Assembly: GCA_036732165.1 (NCBI GenBank)
Contig: DAINCX010000001.1
Span: 81,053-145,052, forward strand
Origin: Candidatus Dormiibacterota bacterium
Lineage (GTDB): Bacteria; Chloroflexota; Dormibacteria; CF-121
Reading direction: 5' to 3'
Length of the DNA stretch: 64,000 bases
The translations under genes and the position numbers were made by a program. Positions 1 through 10,640 of the stretch are shown one piece after another. How positions within the stretch are numbered: position 1 is the first letter of the stretch; each line of letters begins with the position of its first letter. Below the pieces are notes generated by a model. It searched no databases. It was not told where the DNA came from and was given only the letters and a program-made list of their open reading frames with translations.

Positions 1-1155
1 CGAGACGCCCCCGAGGGAGACGCGGACGAACTTGCGCCCGAGGGCGCGGGCGATCGACTTGCCGAGGCTGGTCTTCCCCACCCCGGGCGGCCCGATGAAG
101 CAGAGGATCGGGCCCTTCGGGGATTTGGTCAGCTGGCGAACCGCCAGAAACTCCAGGATTCGTTCCTTGATCTTTTGCAGGCCGTGGTGGTCCTCGTCGA
201 GGACCTGCTCGGCCGCACGCAGGTCGGTGACGTCGTCGCTGCGCTCATGCCAGGGCAGGCTGACCACCAGGTCCAGGTAGTTGTGCAGCACCGAGATCTC
301 CGGGGACCCGGGCGGCATCCGCTCCAGGCGGTCGATGTCCTTCAGCAGGCGGTCCTGGACCGCTTCCGCCAACTCGAGCGCCCGGACCTTCTCGCGCAGC
401 TCGTCGAGCTCGCTGAGCTCAGCCTCCTCGCCACCCAGCTCTTCCTGGATGACCCGCATCTGCTCCTTCAGGTAGAACTCCTTCTGGCGGCGATCGATCT
501 GGTGACGGACCCGTGATCGGATGCTGCGGTCCATGTCGAGGATTTCGATCTCGCGCTGCAGCACGCTGCCCAGCTTTTCCAGCCGGGCGTTCATCTGGAA
601 GGTCTCCAGCACATCCTGCTTGTCGGTGACCCCGATGTTGATGTTGGCGGCCACGATGTCCGCCAGCCGGCCGGCGTCGTCCACGCCCCGGACGGTCAGG
701 TTGACCTCCGGGGGGACCTTCTTGTCCAGCTCGACATAGCGGTCGAATAGATCGACCAGGCCGCGCATCAGGCCGCTGAGCTCCGCGGACGGCTGGAAAT
801 CCTCGTCGAGCCGGGCGACGTCGACGCGGAGGTGCGGGTCCCACTCGACGAACCGTTGGATCACGGCCCGGGACGACCCCTCGATCAGCACCTTGATGGT
901 GTTGTCCGGCAGCTTCAGCATCTGGACGACTTCGCCGAGCACCCCCACGCGGAAGAGGTCGTCCTCCTTCGGGTCTTCCGTCTCGGCCCGCCGCTGGGTG
1001 CACAGAAAGATCTGCTTGCCGTTGGCCATGGCGTCCTCGAGGGCATCGATCGACCGCTCCCTGCCCACATAGAGGGGCACGATCATGTGCGGGAAGAGGA
1101 CGACGTTCTTGAGCGGGAGGAGGGGGAGCTGCAGGGTGGCCGGACCGCCCGTCAC
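1..1155 (-). CDS. lon: ATP-dependent Lon protease, N-terminal domain and start of ATPase domain (gene continues beyond window start)
   Basis: Minus-strand translation of nt 1-1155 gives a Lon N-domain ending in the Walker A motif GPPGVGKTSLGKSIARALGRKFVRVSLGG at about nt 20-110. The likely start is GTG near 1155. It is missing from the ORF track because it is truncated at the window edge. It sits downstream of clpX as in the classical tig-clpP-clpX-lon cluster. Confidence 0.85.
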   Translation of the reverse strand, partial: MTGGPATLQLPLLPLKNVVLFPHMIVPLYVGRERSIDALEDAMANGKQIFLCTQRRAETEDPKEDDLFRVGVLGEVVQMLKLPDNTIKVLIEGSSRAVIQRFVEWDPHLRVDVARLDEDFQPSAELSGLMRGLVDLFDRYVELDKKVPPEVNLTVRGVDDAGRLADIVAANINIGVTDKQDVLETFQMNARLEKLGSVLQREIEILDMDRSIRSRVRHQIDRRQKEFYLKEQMRVIQEELGGEEAELSELDELREKVRALELAEAVQDRLLKDIDRLERMPPGSPEISVLHNYLDLVVSLPWHERSDDVTDLRAAEQVLDEDHHGLQKIKERILEFLAVRQLTKSPKGPILCFIGPPGVGKTSLGKSIARALGRKFVRVSLGGVS

Positions 1156-1183
1156 GGGCACGTCAACCGATGCCGCGCCGGGG

Positions 1184-2455
1184 TCAGGCGGTCTGCTCGG
1201 GCGCGATCTCCTCGAGCTCTTCTTCCGAGTACATCTCGGGCTCCGTGCTGAAGTTCACTGATTTTTCCGTGATGACGCATCGCTTGACCTCCGGGCGTGA
1301 CGGAACTTCGAACATGGAGTTCAGCAGGATGTCTTCAATGATGCTCTTCAGTCCGCGAGCCCCGGTGCCCCGCTGGAGTGCCTTTTTGGCGATCGCGGTC
1401 AGGGCCGGCGGCTCGAAGACCAGCTGCACATCATCCAGCGCGAAGAATTTCTGGTACTGCTTGACGAACGCGTTCTTCGGCTCGGTGAGGATCCGGATGA
1501 TGTCGGCCTCGTCGAGGTAGTCGAGCGTGACCGTGATCGGCAGCCGGCCGACGAACTCGGGGATCAGGCCGTACTTCAGCAAGTCCATCGGCTGAAGCTG
1601 CTTCAGCATTCGGGTCGTCTCCTTGGTCCGGTTCGCGTGGACCTCTGAGCCGAAGCCGATCTGCTTGTGGCCGATCCGATGCTCGATCAACCGCTCGAGG
1701 CCATCGAAGGCGCCGCCGCAGATGAAGAGGATGTTCGTCGTGTTGATCTGGATGAAGTCCTGGTGGGGGTGCTTGCGGCCGCCCTGCGGCGGCACGTTGG
1801 CAATGGTCCCCTCGAGGATCTTCAGGAGGGCCTGCTGGACACCCTCTCCGGAAACGTCGCGGGTGATGGAGGGATTGTCGGATTTGCGGGCGATCTTGTC
1901 GATCTCGTCGATATAGATGATGCCGCGCTCGGCACGGGCGATATCGAAATCGGCGGCCTGGATCAGCCGAAGGAGGATGTTCTCGACGTCTTCCCCGACG
2001 TAGCCGGCCTCGGTGAGGGAGGTCGCATCGGCGATCGAGAACGGCACATCGATGATCTTGGCCAGGGTCTGGGCCAGCAGCGTCTTGCCGCAGCCCGTCG
2101 GGCCGACCAACAGGACGTTGGACTTCTGCAACTCGACGTCGCCCGCCATCTTGCTGTGGGCGATGCGCTTGTAGTGGTTGTAGACGGCGACGGAGAGCAC
2201 GCGCTTGGCGTGGTCCTGGCCGACGACATACTGGTCGAGCGCGGAGCAGATGGTCTTCGGGTTCGGAATGAGCCCACCCTTGGTCCGCTTCTGGGAGGTG
2301 GTCTTGGTATCTTCCTCGAGCACCTCCTGACACAGGTCGATGCACTGGTCGCAGATGTAGACCCCCGGGCCGGCGACCAGCTTACGTACCTGCGACTGGT
2401 CCTTTCCGCAGAAGGAGCAACGAGTATGGCGGCGGCGATCCTCCCGTTCGTTCAT
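1184..2455 (-). CDS. clpX: ATP-dependent Clp protease ATP-binding subunit ClpX
   Basis: 423 aa. It has the N-terminal C4 zinc finger CSFCGK...CDQC and a Walker A GPTGCGKT, and it overlaps the clpP stop (2452-2455). Confidence 0.95.
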   Translation of the reverse strand: MNEREDRRRHTRCSFCGKDQSQVRKLVAGPGVYICDQCIDLCQEVLEEDTKTTSQKRTKGGLIPNPKTICSALDQYVVGQDHAKRVLSVAVYNHYKRIAHSKMAGDVELQKSNVLLVGPTGCGKTLLAQTLAKIIDVPFSIADATSLTEAGYVGEDVENILLRLIQAADFDIARAERGIIYIDEIDKIARKSDNPSITRDVSGEGVQQALLKILEGTIANVPPQGGRKHPHQDFIQINTTNILFICGGAFDGLERLIEHRIGHKQIGFGSEVHANRTKETTRMLKQLQPMDLLKYGLIPEFVGRLPITVTLDYLDEADIIRILTEPKNAFVKQYQKFFALDDVQLVFEPPALTAIAKKALQRGTGARGLKSIIEDILLNSMFEVPSRPEVKRCVITEKSVNFSTEPEMYSEEELEEIAPEQTA

Positions 2456-3183
2456 CGGGATGTCTTCGGGCCTTCGCGTTCGGGATCCGCTTTCGGCTCG
2501 GGCCGGATGCCGGCGCCGGCGGTGCTCAACTCGAGCCGACCGTCCTTGGCCACTGACCCGTCGGCGTCGCGGCCGGTGCTCACGATGATGTCGTCGATGA
2601 TGCCGTACTGCTTGGCCTCTTCGGCGCTCATAAAGAAGTCACGTTCGGTGTCGCGCTCGATCTTCTCGATCGGCTGTCCGGTATGCCCGGACAGGATGTC
2701 GTTGAGCGTCTTCCGGATCCGCAGGATCTCCTGCGCGTGGATCTGGATATCCGACGCCTGGCCCTGAAACCCGCCGGACGGCTGATGGATCAGGATCCGG
2801 GTGTTCGGGAGGGCGAATCGCATGCCCTTGGTCCCGCCGGCGAGCAAGACCGTCGCCATGCTGGCGGCCAAGCCCATGCAGACCGTCGAGACGCGCGGGC
2901 TGACGTAGCGCATCGTGTCGTAGATGGCCAGCCCGGCGGTCACGACGCCTCCCGGGCTGTTGATGTAGATGTTGATGTCCTTGTCGGGATCCTCGGACGC
3001 CAGGAAGAGCAATTGGGCCATCACCACGTTGGCGACCTGGTCGTCGATCGGGGTGCCGATGAAGATGATGCGGTCCTTGAGGAGCCGGGAATAGATGTCG
3101 AAGGCACGCTCGCCCCGGTTGGTCGTTTCGATGACCATGGGGATGAGGGCTTCGGGTCGACGGCTGAGCCGTTCGAAATTCAT
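2452..3183 (-). CDS. clpP: ATP-dependent Clp protease proteolytic subunit ClpP
   Basis: 243 aa. The protein shows typical ClpP sequence (GLAASMA active-site Ser region, HQPSGG). The N-terminal about 40 aa may be an over-extension, so the real start is probably internal. Confidence 0.92.
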   Translation of the reverse strand: MNFERLSRRPEALIPMVIETTNRGERAFDIYSRLLKDRIIFIGTPIDDQVANVVMAQLLFLASEDPDKDINIYINSPGGVVTAGLAIYDTMRYVSPRVSTVCMGLAASMATVLLAGGTKGMRFALPNTRILIHQPSGGFQGQASDIQIHAQEILRIRKTLNDILSGHTGQPIEKIERDTERDFFMSAEEAKQYGIIDDIIVSTGRDADGSVAKDGRLELSTAGAGIRPEPKADPEREGPKTSR

Positions 3184-3267
3184 GGGTGGCTCTCCTGTTC
3201 CGCCATTATAGGGTCCAAGTCTTACAATCCAGTCTTCCGCGTACTCACTTTTGAATACGACGGTTGA

Positions 3268-4665
3268 TCATCCTTCCTTCTTGCCCGCCGCGCGCCGCTG
3301 CCCCTTCGACGCCGGTTCTGCCGCGCCCTCCGGGTCTGCCGCCTCTGAGGGTGCCCCAATTGTATCGGAAGAATCTGGCGCGGCCAGGCTTCCGAGATGG
3401 TCGATGGTCTTGCGCATCAGCAGCTGGTGGCGGAAATAGGCCCGGACCGGATCCGCCGTGCGGAGATCTCGAGCGCGGCGGCTCGCCTGCTGGTCCTCGG
3501 ACAGGGCCGCGTTGAGGGCGGCGTCGATTTCGGCGTCGGGGACGGTCAGCCCGGCCTGTGCCGCCACCGTCTCCAGCGCCAGCTCGAGTCGAACCTTCTG
3601 CACCGCGGCCGGTCGCTGCTCTTCATGGAGCGCGTCGGCGCTGGTCTTGGTGTACTCGAGGTACTTGTCCATCTTCACGCCCTGCTCCTGCAGGCGCAGC
3701 TCCAGCTCGCGGAGCCGGCGATGAATCTCCTGGTCGATCAAGGCCTCCGGGACCTCGACCTCGAGCCGCTGGTCGAGCGCCGTGAGGACCTCATTTTCGA
3801 ACCGCTGTTCATCCGCCTGGGTGGCGGCCTGCTGCAGCTCGACGCGGAGCTCCTCGCGCAAGGCCGCCAGCGTCTCGCCGCGACCGACCTGCCGCGCCAG
3901 CTCGTCATCGACAGGTGGCAGCCGCCGTTCCTTGATCGACTTGACGGACAACCGGAAGATCACGTTGGATCCGGCAAGATCCTTTTTCGGGTAATCCGCC
4001 GGGAGCGTGATCGCGATCTCTCGGGTCTCCCCGATCGCCTGGCCTTCGATCCCGGCGGCAAGCCCTGGCAGCAGGCGCTCGGCGTCGACTTCCAGTTGCG
4101 CGTCGCTCTGGCTTTCGCCGACCAGGACGGCGCCCGACTGGATCAGGTGCAGGTCCACCGTCAGGAAATCCCCGGCGTGGACCGGTCGCTCCACCGCGTG
4201 GAGCTCGGCGAAGCGGGCGCGGAGCCGTTCGATCGCCTCGTCCACATCGGGATCGCCGATCTCGGTCTGGGGTCGCGGGACCCGGATGTCGGTGAAGTCC
4301 TTGAGCACAACCTCCGGCCTGACACTGACGGTGGCCGAGAATCGCATCGGCTTCCCGCGGTCGAACTCCTGGACGTCCACCTGCGGATTGTCGATCGGGT
4401 CGATGTTGGCTTCGGTGACGGCGGCGCTATAGGCGGTGGGCAACAGGATGTCGAGGGCTTCCTGGCGGAGCGCCGGCCAGCCAAGCTCGCGCTCGATCAT
4501 CGGCCGGGGCGCTTTGCCAGGCCGGAACCCCGCGATCCGCACCCGAGGCGCCAGCCGCGAGTACGCCTGGTCGATGGACTTCTTGACCTGATCCTCGGGC
4601 ACTTCCACGGTCAGGACTACCTGCGATCCCGCCTTCTTTTCGGTCTCGACCTTCACCTCTGCCAC
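3268..4665 (-). CDS. tig: Trigger factor (ribosome-associated peptidyl-prolyl isomerase) with a basic or acidic C-terminal tail
   Basis: 465 aa, starting MAEVKVETEKKAGSQVVLTVEVP, with an FKBP-type middle domain. It lies upstream of clpP-clpX. Confidence 0.9.
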   Translation of the reverse strand: MAEVKVETEKKAGSQVVLTVEVPEDQVKKSIDQAYSRLAPRVRIAGFRPGKAPRPMIERELGWPALRQEALDILLPTAYSAAVTEANIDPIDNPQVDVQEFDRGKPMRFSATVSVRPEVVLKDFTDIRVPRPQTEIGDPDVDEAIERLRARFAELHAVERPVHAGDFLTVDLHLIQSGAVLVGESQSDAQLEVDAERLLPGLAAGIEGQAIGETREIAITLPADYPKKDLAGSNVIFRLSVKSIKERRLPPVDDELARQVGRGETLAALREELRVELQQAATQADEQRFENEVLTALDQRLEVEVPEALIDQEIHRRLRELELRLQEQGVKMDKYLEYTKTSADALHEEQRPAAVQKVRLELALETVAAQAGLTVPDAEIDAALNAALSEDQQASRRARDLRTADPVRAYFRHQLLMRKTIDHLGSLAAPDSSDTIGAPSEAADPEGAAEPASKGQRRAAGKKEG

Positions 4666-4836
4666 GGGTCAATAAACTACCAGTTCACTCACGCCGCGTC
4701 GCGCGGGCGTCGTCAGTCTGCGCGCCGGCCGCGGCCTATCGGGCAACGCGGACCGGCTGCTCGACCGCGACGCCCCCGCGCCGCAGCCTGAGTGCCTCGA
4801 ACCGCAGACTGTCGGCGCCGACCCACCGCAACGGAA

Positions 4837-4918
4837 TGCGGGCGAAGGGACTCGAACCCTTATGGCTTACGCCACACGGTCCTAAGCCGTGCGCCTGTAC
4901 CAATTCGGCTACGCCCGC
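4837..4918 (-). tRNA. tRNA-Leu (anticodon UAG), long variable arm
   Basis: A cloverleaf was built by hand. The acceptor is GCGGGCG/CGCCCGC, the anticodon loop is CTTAGGA, and the T-arm is AAGGGTTCGAGTCCCTT. CCA is not encoded. Confidence 0.88.
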
Positions 4919-4939
4919 GCCGCGAGACAGAATATAGCG

Positions 4940-5812
4940 GTGCCGATCGAAATCTCCGCGCCGGTGCGCCAGGCGCTGGCAAGCCAAACCGGCGTCGTCG
5001 CCCTGGAATCGGCCGTGATCACGCACGGCCTTCCCGTGGAGGCGGCGCTCGAGGCGGTCCGACGCCAGTGGGATGCCTGCGTGACCGAAGGGACGGTGCC
5101 CGCTGTGATCGCCGTCTATCAGGGGAGGCTGCGGGTGGGCGTGTCCCTCGACGAGTGCGCGGTTCTCGCCAATCGCCCCGACGCGGTCAAGGTGTCACCG
5201 TGGAACCTGGCGTCCAGCCTGATCGCGCCCGGGTTCGGCGGGACCACGGTGGCGGCGACCATTGTCGCCGCCGCGATGGCGCGCATTCGCATCCTGAGCA
5301 CGGGCGGGATCGGCGGCGTGCACCCCGGCGACGGCCGGGACGTCTCCAGCGACCTCACCGAGCTGGGTCGCAAACCAGTCTGCGTGGTCTGCGCCGGTCC
5401 GAAGTCGACCCTGGATCGCGCCGCCACGCTCGAGCGGCTGGAGACCCTGGGCGTGCCGGTGATCGGCTGGCGGTCCGATCGCCTTGCCGGCTTTCTCGCG
5501 GAGTCCACGGATTTTCCGCTGCCCGCTCGCGTCGATTCGCACGCGCCGCTGGTGTCGGTGCTACGCGCCCACTGGGAACTCGGCGGCCAGGGCGTGGTGG
5601 TCAGTCAGCCGCTGACGGGCGCGGCCGCCATTCCGGCCGAGCTTGTCGATGTCGACGACGGCGGTGACGAGCGCGGACCGGACCGGACCCCGGCGGAGCT
5701 GGGTCGGTTGCGCCAGCGGCTGGGGTCGCGGATGGTCCGGGCCAACGTGGCGCTCCTGGAGCAGAACGCGAGGCTGGCGGCGCAGCTGGCCGCCCGCCTG
5801 GCGACGGCATGA
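4940..5812 (+). CDS. psuG: Pseudouridine-5'-phosphate glycosidase
   Basis: PsuG/IndA family motifs are present (ALESAVITHGLP, STGGIGGVH). The track ORF start at 4889 would overlap the tRNA-Leu, so the GTG at 4940 (VPIEIS...) is the proposed start. Confidence 0.78.
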   Translation: MPIEISAPVRQALASQTGVVALESAVITHGLPVEAALEAVRRQWDACVTEGTVPAVIAVYQGRLRVGVSLDECAVLANRPDAVKVSPWNLASSLIAPGFGGTTVAATIVAAAMARIRILSTGGIGGVHPGDGRDVSSDLTELGRKPVCVVCAGPKSTLDRAATLERLETLGVPVIGWRSDRLAGFLAESTDFPLPARVDSHAPLVSVLRAHWELGGQGVVVSQPLTGAAAIPAELVDVDDGGDERGPDRTPAELGRLRQRLGSRMVRANVALLEQNARLAAQLAARLATA

Positions 5813-6003
5813 CCCAGTCCCTGGAGCAGCTCCGGCGGTTGAAGAACACCATCATGGGTGCGGGCCACCGCCTGACCGTGCTGGCGCGCTCCGGCGAGCT
5901 CCCGCCGGAATCCGAGGTCGAGTTGCGAGCCCTGTCGTCCGAGCTTGCCGATGTCGTCGGCCGCCTGGAGCGTCTGCTGACCCGTCTGCGCCAGGACCGC
6001 TGA
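5809..6003 (+). CDS. Hypothetical small coiled-coil protein (64 aa)
   Basis: An ATGA overlap with the psuG stop suggests translational coupling. GC3 is high. No family was recognised. Confidence 0.3.
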   Translation: MTQSLEQLRRLKNTIMGAGHRLTVLARSGELPPESEVELRALSSELADVVGRLERLLTRLRQDR

Positions 6004-6005
6004 GG

Positions 6006-7043
6006 CTAGCCCGAGGCGCGGATCACGGCGCGAAGGCGGGCCGCGGACTCTTCCGCCAGCGTGTCATTGATGAAGACGCCGGCGCCCGACTCGGAGCCGG
6101 CCAGGTACTTCAGCTTGCCGCGGTCACGCAAGGTCGGATAGAACTCCACGTGGAGATGGGCTTGCGGGTACGCCCGGCCATTGGTCGGCTGCTGGTGCAT
6201 GACCATCATGTAGGGCATCGGCACGTCGAACAGGCGATCGTAGGCCTGCGCCACGCGCTGCATCAGATGGACCAGCGTCAGGCGCGCCGCCGGCCCGAGG
6301 TCCGGGAGCGAGGCGCGATGCGCGACCGGCATCACGTGGACTTCATATGGCCAGCGGGCGTAGGCGGGCACGTAGGCAACGACCCCACGCTCCTGTACCA
6401 GGACGCGCTCGCGATCCTCGAGCTCATCCTGGATGAGGCGGCATTGGCGGCAGCCGCTCGTCTGCCGCCTGAGCTCGGTGGCCGCGACCGGCGGGATAAA
6501 GGGGTAGCCGTAGATCTGGCCGTGCGGATGGTGGAGGGTGACGCCGACCGCTTCGCCACGGTTTTCGAAGATGTACACGTACCGGACGTCAGCTCGGTTG
6601 GCGAGAGCGCGGTACCGATCCGTCCACACGTCGACCAGGCGATCAAGGGCATCGCCGGCGAGCGTCGCGAAGGACCCATCGTGCGCGTCGGTGTAGACGA
6701 CCACCTCGCAGACGCCGCCGCCGGCGGAGGAGAGCATCGCCGGAAAACGGTTCTCGAACACGGCCGCGTCGAAGCGCGACGCCGGGATTTCCGTCGACCG
6801 ACCGGTCGCCGAGGCGTCGAGCGGACACGCGGATCGCTCCGGTAGGAAGGTGCGTGCCTGGCGGGCCGCCGCGACCAGGACCCACTCGCGGCGCAGCGGG
6901 TTCCAGCGGCGCTCGTAGGCGCCTTCGCCGATCGCCGGAGCCTGGTAGCCGGTGGGTGGCGGCTCGAACTCACCATAGAGATAGACGTGACGCCCATCCG
7001 GTTGGAGGATGTCGGTTCGAATGGGACGTGGCATGGCGGTCAA
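6006..7043 (-). CDS. galT: Galactose-1-phosphate uridylyltransferase (HIT family)
   Basis: 345 aa with the HIT motif HHPHGQIYG, and GalT-like throughout. Confidence 0.85.
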   Translation of the reverse strand: MTAMPRPIRTDILQPDGRHVYLYGEFEPPPTGYQAPAIGEGAYERRWNPLRREWVLVAAARQARTFLPERSACPLDASATGRSTEIPASRFDAAVFENRFPAMLSSAGGGVCEVVVYTDAHDGSFATLAGDALDRLVDVWTDRYRALANRADVRYVYIFENRGEAVGVTLHHPHGQIYGYPFIPPVAATELRRQTSGCRQCRLIQDELEDRERVLVQERGVVAYVPAYARWPYEVHVMPVAHRASLPDLGPAARLTLVHLMQRVAQAYDRLFDVPMPYMMVMHQQPTNGRAYPQAHLHVEFYPTLRDRGKLKYLAGSESGAGVFINDTLAEESAARLRAVIRASG

Positions 7044-7072
7044 TATTAAGCCGGGATCCCGGCTTGAAGAAA

Positions 7073-7146
7073 TGCGCCCAGGAGGATTTGAACCCCCGCA
7101 CCCGGGTCCGTAGCCCGGTGCTCTATCCAGGCTGAGCTATGGGCGC
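7073..7146 (-). tRNA. tRNA-Arg (anticodon ACG)
   Basis: Hand-folded. The acceptor is GCGCCCA/TGGGCGC, the D-arm is GCTCAGCCTGGATAGAGC, the anticodon loop is CTACGGA, and the T-loop is TTCAAAT. Confidence 0.88.
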
Positions 7147-7157
7147 GTTGCGGAACC

Positions 7158-7736
7158 CTATTGTAGGGGGAAGCTCTCGAGGCGGGTATATCGCGGCGGT
7201 CGAACGGAAAGCTCGCTGCGCATCAGGCTGATGGCATCGATCGGAAGGGCCCCAAACTGGACGTCCTGCCAGCGATGCATCCACTCGGCGAGCGATGCTC
7301 GCTCCCGGGCCCGGGGTTCGCGACGCACGCGGCCCAGCGTCAAGTGTGGCGCGTAGACCCGGTTCTCCAACTCGATGCCCGCGGATCGTAGCGCTAGCTG
7401 CATCGCACCCTGGAGCGCGATCAGCTCCGTCCGGCCCGGTCCGGCGACCCCGGCCCAGAGGACGCGCGGGCGACTCGGCGCCGGAAAGACCCCCACGCCC
7501 GATACCCGGAGCTCGAAGGCCGGGAACGGGATGATCGCCCGGCCCACGCCATCAGCGATCTGGCTCACCCTGCCGCTCTCGACCTGGCCCAGGAAATGCA
7601 GGGTCAGGTGGATGGCGTCCACCTGGCTCGGACTGACACAGGGCGCGAGCACGCGGAGCTGGCCGATCGCTTCGGCCAGCGCGGTGCGGATGGGCTCGGT
7701 GAGCGCGGCGGCGACAAACAGCCGCCAGCGTGACAT
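7158..7736 (-). CDS. thpR: RNA 2',3'-cyclic phosphodiesterase (2H family, LigT/ThpR)
   Basis: Two HxTx motifs are present (HLTLHFLG, HLTLGRV). The internal start MSRWRLFVAAAL was chosen, because the track's longer ORF (to 7826) adds a low-complexity N-terminus. Confidence 0.72.
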   Translation of the reverse strand: MSRWRLFVAAALTEPIRTALAEAIGQLRVLAPCVSPSQVDAIHLTLHFLGQVESGRVSQIADGVGRAIIPFPAFELRVSGVGVFPAPSRPRVLWAGVAGPGRTELIALQGAMQLALRSAGIELENRVYAPHLTLGRVRREPRARERASLAEWMHRWQDVQFGALPIDAISLMRSELSVRPPRYTRLESFPLQ

Positions 7737-7761
7737 GGCGGCCTTCCCGGTGTCAGGATCC

Positions 7762-8901
7762 TCAGACGACATGATGCTCGGGGCTCGACTGCCCGGTCGC
7801 GAAGCGCTCCGGGCTGAAGCTGCCAAGGTCCACCGGAGACGCGCCGGCCGTCATCCAGCGCGCCAGCCAATCGCCGATCACCGGGCCCATCATGAAGCCG
7901 TGGCCGGAGAATCCGGCAGCGACCCAAAGGCCGGGGCCCAGGGGACCGACGAGCGGTTGGGCATCGGGCGTGTTCTCGTAGAGACCGGCCCAACCGGTTT
8001 TTATCCGCGCCTCGAGCAATGGGGGCCAGCGGTGCGCGGCACGCGGCACGATACGGTCGAGCACGGACCAGTCGACCACCGCCCGGGAAGACTCGACCGG
8101 CTCGGCATCGCCCATTCCGAACAGCAGGCCATCACCCTCCGGGTGGAAGTAGAAGGAGGTGTGAAAGTCAATCGTCATCGGGCTTGTCCGACGGACGGCC
8201 GGGAAGGGCTGCGTGGTAAAGATGTGGCGCCGCGAGGGGGACACCAGCAGCGTGAACCCGGCCAGCGCGCCGACCTCCGCCGTCCAGGGCCCGGCGCAGA
8301 TCACGACCTCGTCCGCCGCGATGCGTTCATGGGCGGTTTCGACGCCATCGATCGTTCCGGCGCGACGGCTGACCGCGGTCACGGCGGCGTGTTCGAGGAT
8401 CAGCGCGCCGAGCCGCCGCGCCGCAGTCGCGTACCCCGCTGTGACCTCGTTCGGACCGGCCAGCCCGTCGCTCGGACAGAAGGTGGCGCCGCTGAGGTCG
8501 TCCGAGCGCAGCCCCGGTACCAGCTCGCCCGCCTGCCGCGGTGTCAGTTCGACGACGTCGTCAACCCCGAGGTGACGCTGGAGGCGGACGGCTTCCGCGA
8601 ACTGCGTGCGTTCCTCGGCCGTCGTCAGCAGGAACAGGTAGCCGACCCGGCGAAAGTCTGCCGAGCGGCCAACCTGGGTCTCGAACGCAGCCAGGATGCG
8701 CTTCGCCTGGATGCCGATCCGGATATTGATCTCGGTGGAAAACTGCGCCCGGACCCCGCCGGCGCAGGCCCCGGTCGACCCCTGCCCGATGGCGCCGCGA
8801 TCGAGCACGACCACCTGGCGGCCCGCCCGTGCCAGGTAGAACGCCAGGCTGCATCCCACCACCCCGGCGCCGACGATCACGACGTCCGCGCGCCGGGTCA
8901 T
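7762..8901 (-). CDS. FAD-dependent oxidoreductase (DAO / sarcosine-oxidase beta-like)
   Basis: The N-terminus has the Rossmann motif VVIVGAGVVGCSLAFYLA. The protein is 379 aa. Confidence 0.8.
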   Translation of the reverse strand: MTRRADVVIVGAGVVGCSLAFYLARAGRQVVVLDRGAIGQGSTGACAGGVRAQFSTEINIRIGIQAKRILAAFETQVGRSADFRRVGYLFLLTTAEERTQFAEAVRLQRHLGVDDVVELTPRQAGELVPGLRSDDLSGATFCPSDGLAGPNEVTAGYATAARRLGALILEHAAVTAVSRRAGTIDGVETAHERIAADEVVICAGPWTAEVGALAGFTLLVSPSRRHIFTTQPFPAVRRTSPMTIDFHTSFYFHPEGDGLLFGMGDAEPVESSRAVVDWSVLDRIVPRAAHRWPPLLEARIKTGWAGLYENTPDAQPLVGPLGPGLWVAAGFSGHGFMMGPVIGDWLARWMTAGASPVDLGSFSPERFATGQSSPEHHVV

Positions 8902-8902
8902 G

Positions 8903-9813
8903 TCAGTTTTGCCGGCCGGGCCTGGCCATCGCCATGAATTCGAAGATGAATTTCAAGGCCGCCAGGCTGGTCAGATGCCCGGTATCGAGCGGCGGGGCAA
9001 CCTCGTCGACGTCCAGGCCTGCGAGCGTGATCCCGCGGAGCTGGTACAGGAAGTCCAGCAGCTGGCGGGAGGTCAGGCCACCGGCCGACGGGATGCCGGT
9101 GCCGGGTGCGTAGGCGGGATCCAGGGAGTCGATGTCCAGGGAGATGTGGAGGGCATCCGCGCCGATCGTCGCCCGGATGCGTTCGCGCAGGTCGCGGTCG
9201 CCCAGCCGGTTGGCCTCCGCGCTGGTGATCAGGGTGATCCCCATCTTCTTGATGTACTCGACCTCCTCCCAGTCGTAGTCGCGGCATCCGAGCAACGTCA
9301 CCTTGCGCGGATCGATCTCGCCGAGCTCCAGGCCGCGACGGAGCGCGCAGCCGTTCGACCAGCGCGAGTGTCGCGAGGTGTCGTTCAGGTCCGGATGGGC
9401 GTCGATATAGAGGATGCTCAGCCGGCCGTTGTGCCGCCGTTGCTGGGCGACGAGCGTGGGACTGACCGTCGTATGGTCCCCGCCGAGCACGATGGGCAGC
9501 GTGCCCACCGGCGTTTTCTCGATTTCGGCGGCGACCGCATCGACGTTCGCCCCCATGTCGCCGTCGACCAGCGGCACGTTGCCGTCGTCCTGGATGGTGA
9601 CGTCATCGAACCGCTCGGCGCGTTCCGTGACCGGCGCCAGGACGGCCGAGAGGTGGCGGAGGTGCGAGGGGGCCGCGGCCTGCCCCGGGCGGTAGAGCGA
9701 CCCGGCCTCGATCGGCACGCCGAGAATCCGGAAGTCGGCCAGGCGCCCGGGATCGGCCGCCTTCAGGCCCCCCCAGGGCCGCAGACCGGCAGTGTTGAAC
9801 TCGGGATCAGTCA
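8903..9813 (-). CDS. Arginase-family ureohydrolase (agmatinase / guanidino-acid hydrolase-like)
   Basis: Mn-binding motifs are present (GGDHTTVSPT, HISLDIDSLDP, DAHPD). The start MTDPEF was chosen because it forms an ATGA overlap with the upstream hydrolase stop. The track's longer ORF reaches 9871. Confidence 0.8.
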
Positions 9814-10640
9814 TGGCTGCAGAAAGGCGGTGATGGCCTCGACCTGCGCGGCGATCAGTGCCGGGGTCCATCCGTGGCCGGCTGCGGGGATGACCCGGAT
9901 CTCGGCCTGCGGCATCAGGCGGCCCAGGTTCTTGATGGCGTCGACATCGACGGTTCGATCGTCGGCGGCCACCACCACCAGAGCCGGCTTGCGCCAGGAG
10001 CTGAGAAAGGCGCGGTAGTCACGACTGACGCCGTCACGCAGCCACGCCCGCGCCGCCGTCCCGTCAGCGCGACGCTGATTCTGGAAGTTCACCTGGGCGT
10101 CGTAGGGATCCACCCCTGGCCCCTCGACGAGAAAGCGTTTGTAGAGATCGGACACCAGGCGGTTACGGCGAAGCCGGTTCACACTCCAGAACACGGGCCC
10201 CGAGGTGAGGATCGCGACCTGGCGCTTGAAGGCCGGCCGCAGCGTGGCCGGGGAGTAGATCGGCGTATGGAGGACGAGCCGGCTGATGCGGTCGGCGAAA
10301 CGAGACGCATACTCCAGCGCGACCGTCGCCCCCAGGCAGATGCCACCGACGTCGTGGCTTCCCAGACCGAGGCGCTGGGCGAAGGCGTCGAGGAAGGTCG
10401 CGTGGGCCACCACCGTATGGGGCGGGTCGCCAGCCGGAGTCTCGCCACAGCCGGGGAGATCGGGGATCAAGACTCGGCGGTGCCCCGCGAACGCCGGGGC
10501 CCAGGAATGAAAATTCTCGAGCGACCCGATGAAGCCATGGCACAGGAGCAGCGGATGGCCGGATCCCTCGTCGAGGTACCGGACCTTCCGCTGCCCAACG
10601 TCGATGACGTGAATCGTGTCGGCCTGGACCGTGACGGGAC
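9811..10640 (-). CDS. Alpha/beta-fold hydrolase
   Basis: The track ORF 9811..10470 begins at an internal TTG. In-frame translation continues upstream (TVQADTIHVIDVGQRKVRYLDEGSGHPLLLCHGF...PDLPGCG), which is a typical alpha/beta-hydrolase N-terminus. No ATG, GTG or TTG was found in that extension. The true start is unresolved and lies somewhere up to the ALDH stop. Confidence 0.65.

Noticed and set aside
419-1003. Long ORFs in alternative frames (for example 419..1003-, 1431..2345-, 1667..2767+, 3397..4791+, 5643..6845+, 7375..8937+, 8900..10018+, 16266..17504+, 17595..18581+, 22015..23091+ N-terminal part, 24139..25236-, 60337..62523+ and many others)
   Set aside because: At about 70% GC, stop codons are rare in off-frames. 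These ORFs overlap well-supported genes and have Arg/Pro/Ala/Gly-rich low-complexity translations with no motifs. They are treated as artefacts.
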